Of a stretch of DNA of 64,000 bases, positions 53,985 to 64,000 are shown in pieces; the first letter of the stretch is position 1, and each line of letters begins with the position of its first letter. The translations under genes were made by a program, and so were the position numbers. Source of the stretch: Octopus vulgaris. Its lineage: Eukaryota. The stretch lies in assembly GCA_951406725.2 (NCBI GenBank), contig OX597816.1, positions 35,588,001 to 35,652,000 on the forward strand, given 5' to 3'. Under the pieces are notes generated by a model. It made no database searches. It was given only the letters and a program-made list of their open reading frames with translations, and had not been told where the DNA came from.

Positions 53985-54600
53985 TCACATCTTTTAACTC
54001 GTTAACTGATGTATGGTATTTCTGTGTCCAAACCCATTTGGCATTTTTGTTAGTAAGTGGTGCTTTTACCTTATGTGTATACGGGATATACAATTGGTAT
54101 TAATTTAACAAGCCTAGGAATTCTTGTAGAAATGACACGTTCGTCGGGGTCGGCATGTTTCGTTTTGTTCTTGCTCTCGATGGCCTATTTGCACTTTCGT
54201 CTATTACTTGATCTAAGTATTTTATTTTTTCAAAATGTCGTCAAAATATGCGATGGCAGAGTTGCAACCACTTGACATTGCCTCCATCATTTGTTGGAAT
54301 ACAGCCGGTGACACTTTTACTCCAAATGGCAGTCGTTTCAAGTTGTACAATCCACGGTGCGTGTCGATTTTTAGGAGAGGTTTGCAATCTTCTGCGTGAA
54401 TTCGAAGGTCCGCCTCTCAGAGGTCTAACTTCGAGAAAATTTTCCCTCCATTGCTTATTCTAGACTTGGTAGTGGGTAATTGTGTCTGATCAAACAGTCG
54501 TTTAATCCGGTTGAGATGTTTGCGCATTCTTTTACCTTTTTTTTTACGTAGACCGCCGCTGCTGGCCAGTCTGCATGGACTTTTTTCAACACATAAACAT
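53985..54600 (-). pseudogene. Ty3/gypsy pol (RT) remnant
   Basis: AAVYVKKK..ISTGLNDCL..NYPLP; FSKLDL*EA..IDTHRGLYNLKRLPFGVKVSPAVFQQMM..IAYFDDIL; NMPTPTNVSFLQEFLGLLN*Y; KWVWT. Confidence 0.85.
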
Positions 54601-54767
54601 TATCTTTATTGATTCGACCTTTGCACTTTGTATTACAGACACGCTTACTCGTGAAACACAATATATTTCCCGTAACACCATATGCTATATTGTTTAGACT
54701 ACATATAATGATGTGTAAATTTTATATCTTATTAAAGGCCGAAACTTCGGTTGCCTTAATTTCGGGA

Positions 54768-54818
<51 letters not shown>

Positions 54819-54960
54819 CGCTTAGGGATGGTCATGTTTTGCGTTTTGCCATTTCAACACATGCACAATACTATTTCTTTTACTACAGCTTTAATATTCT
54901 TTTCGTTTCTTTGTCAATACTCGTTTCTTCATCCTACGTTTTCCTCTTGTTTTGCGTAGT

Positions 54961-55049
<89 letters not shown>

Positions 55050-56682
55050 TACATACATATATGTATAATGTTTGTGCATACATATATACATACGTACATA
55101 CATACATACATACATACATACATACATACACACAATACATATGTTGCAGTATAGGAAGAATTTAATTGAACTTCTCAATAGATACGTATTGAAAGTAATT
55201 ATATATCATCGTAGGTCATCCAGTGAATGCTTGTATTTATTTTTTTCATATTCTTCGAGATATTGCTGTTGTATTTTTGTACATTTACGTTTGTAAACGT
55301 TTTAATTTCAAGTTCGTGCTGTACAACAAATCGGATTGTTTTTTCCACAATTTCTGTAGACATTTAGTTGATTGGTAAAGTGTTAGAAAGTTGAACTGAA
55401 GAATGCTTCGTACATTCTCTATATGTTCGACATTAAAACCTGCTCTTGTCAACATTACCTTCCGCCATTTTGTGTTCAAAGAAATGTGCTATTCTATAGC
55501 CTTTGGTTATTTAAACTGTCAGAACATCCAGCTGCAATCCTAATCCTGAGTTCTTAGGTGATAGATATATTCTGACATCCGCGTTACCAACACCCACTGC
55601 AATAGCAGAGTGGATTGGAGGAAGTATTGTTGCAAATCTTAGGGCCATACATACTGTCTATATGTATATTCTACCTTCTCCCATCAATTCTCAAAGGTAT
55701 TATAAAGGGGCGTGACTACTAACATACATCATGAGAGGAAAAAGCACAAAAAACACCAATTATTCTATGAGAAATCTATGCTAAAGTTTTGCTTAACTAT
55801 CATCTATTTCTAAGTCAATGAAGTTGATGACCTAACAAGCGCTCAGTCAGTATCTGGTTTTAGTAATATAATTGCTATTTAAAAAAATTATTGCGCTGAT
55901 TTTGCCGATGATGATAGTGTCGTTATAGTTTGAATTATCAACACAAGCAAAATATACCTATATATCTAAAGCTGAGATATTTAGATCATTCATTTTTCTG
56001 CCATTATCACATATTAAACATCATATAAAACTTGAGATATTGTGTTGGTTGAATATGCTAATGAAAATCTCTCGAATATTATGCTACTAACTTAAATATA
56101 CTGTGGTACTTGATATCGATCTAACTATGAAAAAATACACGATAGTGAGGTATCTGAAACTAAATCTACTGTACAACGGCTGGTTTGGCGTAAGCAACAT
56201 GAACAGCGAAATCTGTTTTTTTTGTGTAATTTATGTTATAATATGTAATTATCCTGCGTGCATTATAAAACAATTACTTTGTTGCGGTGGTGAGAATATC
56301 AAAATTATATAAAAAAATAATGCTTGAGAAAGAATTGAAAGTAAAAAATAAGAGTGAAATTTGTAGAAAACTATTAGAACATGTGAACGATTCGGTGTAA
56401 TGTGAAATAATAATTTTACAGTAATATTTCCAATGATATATATTACTGTGGCAGAGCAAAGAGTAAACTGTTTATCTCAATACTAGTAAACATATTTTCG
56501 TCATCGTGCATCTTACAATCGCTATCTTCAAAATTAAAGTGAGCGGATTTTTGATCAAACTGATCTCTTGTGTTAACAATCTGTCTAATTTGTTTCTTGG
56601 CACACTCTATACTGCGCTGTGCTATCCTACACAAGCCTATTTTTATAATTCGCTACAGTTTTAAAAGATCGACTTTAATATT

Positions 56683-57063
56683 GGAAGCACTCCGTCGGTT
56701 ACGACGACGAGGGTTCCGGTTGATCCGAATCAACGGAACAGCCTGCTCGTGAAATTAACGTGTAAGTGGCTGAGCACTCCACAGACACGTGTACCCTTAA
56801 CGTAGTTCTCGGGGGACATTCAGCGTGGCACAGAGTGTGACAAGGCCGGCCCTTTGAAATACAGGTACAACAGAAACAGGAAGTAAGAGTGAGAGAAAGT
56901 TGTGGTGAAAGAATACAGCAGGGTTCACCACCATCCCCTGCCGGAGCCTCGTGGAGCTTTTAGGTGTTTTCGCTCAATAAACACTCACAACGCCCGGTCT
57001 GGGAATTGAAACCGCGATCCTATGACCGCGAGTCCGCTGCCCGAACCACTGGGCCATTGCGTC
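56683..57063 (-). mobile_element. tRNA-derived SINE, second family, full length with 11-bp TSD
   Basis: ACTTTAATATT at 56672-56682 and 57064-57074; homologous to 30372-30732. Confidence 0.92.
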
Positions 57064-58092
57064 ACTTTAATATTATCTTTAGTATCTAATAACCTAAGTT
57101 GTCGGCTTCAAATTTGAATTTTATATTCTACTGGTATTTCTCTCAGGCGAATGTTTAATATACAGCAACCCCTATTATCGCTATTATCTCAGCAAGAATT
57201 TATTAACGCCTTCATATTCAAAATAAAGCATAACAATTACAGTAATGCATTCAGGAAATAATAATCTGCTATTGAATAACAACATTGTGTACTCCGTGTA
57301 CATGTAACTTCTGTTAATAAACACAAAAAATTCTAACAAAATATTAAATACGCTCTTACAAAATCATCGCAGATAGTTCTTTTTTTTTTAGTCTATTCAA
57401 GATTACTGCCTTACATGTTTAATTATTAAAGTGATATCTTTTGCAATTACCTCTTAGATTATGTTCTTTGTTAGTATTTGCCAAATTATCAGTTTCAAGG
57501 AAAAGTGAACGTGGCACTCATGCTCTTTCTTGAGGCTAATGCCTTAATGAGAAAAACATTAGCGTCGACTACAGAATATTATTACCTTAGGTTCTAGGCA
57601 GAAATTGTAGCTCAGTGTAACTCTAACGACCAGAATGCTGCTTCAAATTGTTCACATGGTCATCATTTATAAAAAATATGAATAATGCACAAATCAAATA
57701 ATTACAGTAAATTATGACATTAATTATGCATCCAACTCAGCTTTCGATTTCTCAAGAAATATTACTTTACCTTGCATTTATAATATTTCTGATGTAATAA
57801 TTAATAAACTTACGCAAACATTAATGTTTTGCATTTGATTGATGTTTGCCAAATTTAGCTATTGTGATGAAAAATAGTAAAACAGGTTTTATGTTTCGTG
57901 TTAATCTGCTTCCCTGTAATATAATGACGAGTATTGTAATGCTTCAGACAAATATGGATAAGAAACAAATCTATCACAAATGAAATGGTGAAAATTTGAT
58001 CTAGAGAAATATTGAGAAAATGACATGGACTTCCACAAACGCACACAGACACACGCACATACATACATTAATGCATACACACACAAATATAT

Positions 58093-58210
<118 letters not shown>

Positions 58211-60842
58211 ATACATTGAGGGATGGAGAGAGAGAAACCACGCACATACACACTCAGAGTATGCCAAGCTTTATATAGAAGCCTCTATTGAATCATCGCA
58301 TAACATTATACAAGAACTAATTCATTCGCCTACACGTTGATCCATTCGATGAGAATTACATTTTCCTCTGCTATTACTCATATATCTTCGAAGAGACAGA
58401 TCCGTCATTCATAAGTTTTCATTTTAAGAACTTTGTTGAGTTTGACAACTTTGGAAGTGGTATCTCTCAAGCAACTCTAGATGAAATTTCCAAAACATTT
58501 TAAAGTTTCCGTCGATTTTGTGAAACCAGTAAAATGCAGTGTGAATATTAATATCTATATGAGAAATTTACAATTATTTCTTTCTTAGGCAGTATCATAG
58601 TATGTATATGTATGGAACGTAATTTAATTATCATACCTAGTAAATATCCGATGCTTATTATATTAAACCATGGAAACTACAAGGAAATGCCAAACATAAC
58701 TGGACAACCATTTGAAATTTTAATTCTGTATAAGTTTGGGCTGAGCCTTGCAGTTTAAAGAAATAAATGTTTCTATCCTTAGCAAAAGGACTTCAAGTAT
58801 ATTGCAATAATATATCTTGTTCGCGGCCCGGTGTAAGTATCCAAAATTATTTATATATGATACGAAATACGAATTTAAATGGGTAAAGCTTAGTAGTACA
58901 TAACATTCACTCGATAGGTTTACTCTTTGTAACACCCACTGTCATCAAATAGTGATCTTGCTAATTTCTCATTCTTTTTTTATTATCTCAAGCCTTTTAA
59001 TTTGTGCTTATACTGCTGAGTCTATGCGTGACTTATCTTTGTCCCAGGACAACTGGAATGGGCTCATATTTTGCAGGTTTCAGTGAGTGAAAGAAGAGAG
59101 GAGGAACCCCAAAGAAAAACCTATAACAAATGTTCTTGATATGGAGGAATGCACAAAAGCCACCCTATGTTTAGAAAGTGAAAAAACGAAGCAAAATTTT
59201 CTGTTCACTCTCCTCAATAACAGCATGGATTCCATGAAAGGCATCCGGGATGTGGGAACTGTGAAAGACGCATTAAATGTAATAATAAAATGAAAGAGCG
59301 TAAGCTCTAACAAATCACACCCATATTCAAGACGTCGTGTTAAAATAGACGACCGTCCAAGCCTAGGAGAGTGTGTTGCCTGTACATTGGATTTATATTC
59401 TCAATTATTTATTTACACATCTGCATCATTTGCAATGCATGATCATTGCTACGCAGTCAAAATACTTTAAATTTTAATCCAGGTTGATTCATTTACCTAC
59501 CTATGATAAGGCAGTATTCGTCTCTCGCTGTTACAATTTCGTTCATGTTAGAATAGAAGTTTGTTATACATCTATGTAATTTCTTTATGGGTATTGCATT
59601 TAATGTTCCGATATAGTTTACTGTAGTAATTTTTCAATACTTTACTGCTATATTTGATGGAACATATATTCATTTTCAATGCGATTCCTAAAAGTGATGT
59701 AAACATTCAGGTCTCACGCGTAGAATTTTAAACTAGTACTCTCAAATATACAGCATACCATCAATCCAATAAAGAATTTTTTATAACTGTCTTATAACAA
59801 GTAAACTATACAACCCCTGTAAAAGATTAACGCCTTGTGTACGAAGTATTTGTTTAATACAATCTAAATCTGCATTCTTTTGCTTTGACGTTAACTCCCT
59901 TTTACTGAAATAGCATACTATTAAGTTATTATCTGGTAAATTCGGATATGCATTCATGCCTAGAGCTACAAAACTGTAATCAATATGTCTATTGAACTTA
60001 GAAAAAATTCATCTCGAGACAAAGTATTCTGTTTTCTTACATTTCCTACAGTTATGTTACTTCCACTGAATATCACATTCATTGGAATCAAGTAATAAAA
60101 TTACAATAAGGTTTTTTTTTTCTTAAAGTCAGCAGTATTCGCCAGGTTTCTTAAACTAAAGAAAAATAGCAGAGAGTCGTCATTTAGACTAACAAAGCAT
60201 TAACAAAGATCAAACGTATATAGGTTAGCGATATATAATTATATAAAAAGAGTACACATAACTCGTTCCGGCGTTCAGAACAATTACTCCACAGAAGTAA
60301 TTTTAGTGTCTACTTATGAAGGAATATTCACAGACTCATGCATATACGTTATGCTCGTTAATTTTTTTGTAGTCGTCTTATTGAAATTGTTGAATCACTG
60401 GGAGTAAATATGTAAAGAGAGCGCAATATTTGGCTATATTTTTGTTTTCACTCATGAAAATCTCCTACATAGCTGCGGGTGCACTAGGAAATTTCCAGAA
60501 AAAAACAACAAAAGGGGAGATAAACGAAAAATCTAAAACAAAGCAATGCACGACGGATGGACACAAGAGCCTATTTAAAAGCACTTGTATAAATATTTGT
60601 TTTATTGTCATGGCAAATATAGTGAACAGACACTATAATATTATGTTTATATTGATAATACAAATAGCAAATTGGCATAAGCTTTTGTAAATAGATTTAC
60701 ATATACACAAAAAGATACAGACACATATGCACAAACGTCAATCAATCTATCCATCAAACAATATCTGATTTCCCATTACACATACAAAGGCAGCTTTGTA
60801 GATGTGCACGCATGATTGTATGTATGAATGTATGCGTATATA

Positions 60843-60877
<35 letters not shown>

Positions 60878-60918
60878 AACACAAATATGTACATACATGT
60901 ACGCACGAACAAATACAA

Positions 60919-60961
<43 letters not shown>

Positions 60962-61029
60962 CATATATATATATGTACGGCGGTTGTCTTCACTATATGC
61001 AGAGTCTGAATACCTCTTGTACCTACACA

Positions 61030-61865
61030 TTTGATACATCATGGCATCTGATGTGCTGTCTTTTTAAACCAGACAATGTATTGCAAAGTCACCAACATAG
61101 ACCGCATATCCAATTTAGACTATCAAGAGTTGCAGCTAAGATCTGATCTTTGTACATCTTAAAATGTATTTTGAGGCCTCCATTACAATTGCAGACCTTA
61201 TGGCATACGCGGCGTTGAAATGTGTGCACAGATATATAGGTAGAGTATTTGAAGGAGTTTTGTTTTTCATGTTTTCTGAAATGGGATTTGACTCTATGGA
61301 AAGAAAGACACGATCTGTAACAAACTGCGCACACAAAAGCATTACTGAGATTCAACTTTTCGATCGCAACATTCTTGTATAAATCTCTCTTGAGACTTGA
61401 ATATGTTAATCTAGCCTCCTCACATGCTTTCACTCCACACCATACGATTGTTCGACTTCCAGCTCGATCCAAAGTAAGGGATTCTATGGCCTTTCGATTT
61501 ATTCCAAGTGACTACATGGTAGTCATTAAAATTTCGTTTTAGTTTTACACCGGCCGCGTCTCCTGTCTGCAAGCTCACCGTAAAACAGCTGTTTGGGTGT
61601 GCATTCATCCACCATTCGAACAATATGGTCAGACTATCTCATTTGATTTTTCAGAATCACTGATTTAATTGAAGTGATGCTTGCAGAGGCAAAGATACCA
61701 GATTCTGGAGTAAAAAAGCCCCATTTGATGTTTAAAATGAGGCAAGGGCATTTTTGGTGGAATCGTTCTAACAATTTAAAATATCTTTCACAACACCTCC
61801 ATGTTTCAGAAGAATAAAGCAGGGATAGTAAGACAAATGATTTGTAAAGGGCCAATTTTTGTAGT
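61030..61865 (-). pseudogene. RTE-clade LINE 3' fragment with terminal C2H2-like fingers
   Basis: LYKSFVLLSLLYSSETW..LERFHQKC..ILNIKW; PKQLFYGEL; DR..WK; CAVC...H.RKH and CHKVC...GLKIH. Confidence 0.8.
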
Positions 61866-61867
61866 TA

Positions 61868-62009
61868 TTTGTATATATAACACTGCATGTGTAAGGCATG
61901 TGTAAAATTTGAATGAAATCTGTTGTGTAGTTTTCGAGTTTTAGTGGTGCATACATAGAGACACACAGACAAACACACACACGCACATTCTCAATTTTAT
62001 ATAGATAGA
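61868..62009 (-). mobile_element. 5' part of a non-autonomous Helitron-like element
   Basis: Minus start TCTATCTATATAAAATTGAGAATG followed by (GT/CTGT) repeats; start similar in style to 63653. Confidence 0.5.
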
Positions 62010-62639
62010 CGTAGTCTTAGTTTTATTTATCTTGAAAAGGAAAAATGGAAAAAATATTTTTTCCTGCCGTTAAAACATAAAACTTCCTGTGTATGAAAAT
62101 ATATCCCACACACCGAATTTGCATCCGCTGGACTTCTAGAAAGATTAAATTTTCCCCATATACGCTCCGCTCCACTTAAGTGTACAATCCGAGTACATCG
62201 GTATTTGTGGTGAAAATCTTCAAAGAATTCACATATTTCAGATAATTCACTCGAATCGTTTTTAATTCGTCATACTTTTCGTAAAATACGTACTTTTAAA
62301 TGAAATTTTCAAGAAATATCTTTCAGGCTGGGTAAGCTGCTATTATATGGGAATTTGATAAGAAAAGAAAAAAAGGTTGAGCAGGCTCACATACGTACTG
62401 CACCGAAATCACATTCTTTTCCACAATTTAAATTTTCATTTTGGAGATATCATTTTGTGTTTGTGACTATTTATGTGTGCGAGTTTACGAATTTATTTTT
62501 TTTCATATAAAACCATTATAATCGTAATCTACTCTAACTGAAATTTTCGTTCAAAAATTAAACAACTTTCTTGAAATCACGAGGAAGCGAAGCCAACTGG
62601 GGTACGCATGTATAGGTTTGCAATCTATGAAAAATTGAT

Positions 62640-62850
62640 TTCAAATTTTGGCACGAGGCTACGAATTTTGAAGGAAGGTGTAATTCGTTTACATTGACTC
62701 CCAGTGTACATCTGATACTTATTTTATAGAGCGTGAAAGATTGATAGGCAAAGTCGACCTCGATGGTATTTGAACTCAGAACGTATAGATAGACGAAATT
62801 CGCTAACCATATGCCCGCAGTTCTAATGTTTCAACGAGCACGTTGCGTTC
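62640..62850 (-). mobile_element. Degraded Meta-like SINE
   Basis: ggcaaagtcgacctcg..atttgaactcagaacgta is the reverse complement of the SINE core/head. Confidence 0.7.
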
Positions 62851-63256
62851 AGTCAATGGAATGTTAATTACTCGTAGAACTCCTGCAAAACATGCAGCGG
62901 TTGAAAATGTAAAATTTAAAGCAGACACATATAAGAGAAAATAATGCAAGCAGTTGTTAATATAACGCGCACTTAATGCTAAAAAAAAAACAGTGAAGAA
63001 AAAAAATGAAGAATATTAACTGTTACACGAAGAAAATAATGGAACATAAGCTTTGATAGAAGTTATAGCGACATTCGAACATAGAATGTTTGCCAAGTAG
63101 AAATTCAAATTGACAGATTACTTATACGCGTGCATGCGCGTGAACTATAGTCGATCACGAAAACTGCATTTAAGTAATTGCCAATATAAAACGGGTTGCT
63201 GAATCATTCGTTACTTCAAGTCAATTTTAAGAATTACATCGAAGATACATAAATAA

Positions 63257-63653
63257 CTAGCAGTATCGCCCGGCGTTGCTCGGATTTGTAAGGGAAATAA
63301 CTATATAAGCATTTTTAGAGATGTAAAGTATAATAGCCATCTCAAAATGGCTAACCACAAAGGGGGCGCGGTGTTACTGTAGCTTTTTACGTTCTGAGAT
63401 TTAATAATAAATTTTTAGAGAGTTACTTCCCTTATATATGCCAAAATGCATTAAAAATGGGAAAAATTGATGGTAATTTTTTTTAAATGGTAGACTCATC
63501 GTAGACGCGCGCTAATACCCAGAAGGGCTCGATATGAATCACGACTATAAGATACCCGGTTTTTGGTTAAACAGCACCGCAAAATGTGGGAGTAGTTAGG
63601 AATCTAAATCGTAGGAGACAGACAGCACACCACCTCAATATTATATATAAAGA
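63257..63653 (-). mobile_element. Complete non-autonomous Helitron
   Basis: Minus: A|TCTTTATATATAATATTGAG...CCGAGCAACGCCGGG-CGATACTG-CTAG|T: 5' TC, subterminal hairpin, 3' CTAG, AT target, no TSD. Confidence 0.88.
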
Positions 63654-63729
63654 TTATGAATTTATATATCGAAACATGTTATATGTGCATGCATATCTAT
63701 ATTTGTATCTATATCTATCTATCTATTCA

Positions 63730-63768
<39 letters not shown>

Positions 63769-63769
63769 A

Positions 63770-64000
63770 AAGGGCTTAGTAAAATAAATTACTTCGCCGC
63801 ATACTGAACCCATTAGAAATAGCAGCTAAAAAACTTTTTTAAAGCTATTTCTAATACTTAAAGAAAATCTCTCTCATATGTAGCGTTTGCTTAATTCAAC
63901 TCACAAAAGTTTGGGGGTAAGGACATTAAAAAATCAATTACCCCCAAACTTTTGTGAGTTGAATCAACGCACATATGAGAGAGATTTTCTTTAAGTATTA
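63770..64000. repeat. Foldback repeat (arms 63852-63920 / 63938-64000), related to 20500-20600; continues beyond the window
   Basis: taatacttaaagaaaatctctctcatatgt..attcaactcacaaaagtttgggggtaa mirrored; ttagaaatagc..gctatt..tacttaaa shared with 20548-20590. Confidence 0.75.

Noticed and set aside
59075-59313. Short ORFs on both strands after a ttgcag acceptor-like site
   Set aside because: No recognisable domain or convincing donor; may be decayed repeat.

Overview
Very AT-rich eukaryotic genomic DNA saturated with (TA)n, (CA)n, (TAA)n and (TAGA)n microsatellites and interspersed repeats. The repeat make-up looks like octopus/cephalopod DNA (inference from recall of repeat types, not a database result). 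No host protein-coding exon could be supported, and most short ORFs in the track are microsatellite artefacts. Coding remnants all belong to mobile elements: a near-intact Neptune-type Penelope-like element (RT + GIY-YIG) head-to-head with a second copy, a decayed full-length Tx1-like LINE inserted in a SINE, a pile-up of R4/Dong-like RT-REL LINE fragments in (TAA)n tracts, a mariner, and gypsy, CR1, RTE, CRE, Merlin, hAT and Helitron remnants. Main discoveries from manual reading: (1) about nine minimal type-I hammerhead ribozyme motifs from several unrelated (TA)n-embedded non-coding elements, with core variants including a G3-C8 swap; (2) a retroposed intron-containing, CCA-ended tRNA-Arg(CCT) fused to a SINE 5' end, with an A58G change suggestive of m1A58 misreading; (3) a Tx1 LINE and Tx1-tailed SINE that both appear to target the same site in an abundant SINE; (4) a possible -1 frameshift between an upstream ORF and the Penelope RT, and a snap-back hairpin exactly at the inversion junction. 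All structures were read by eye and coordinates of degraded elements are approximate.
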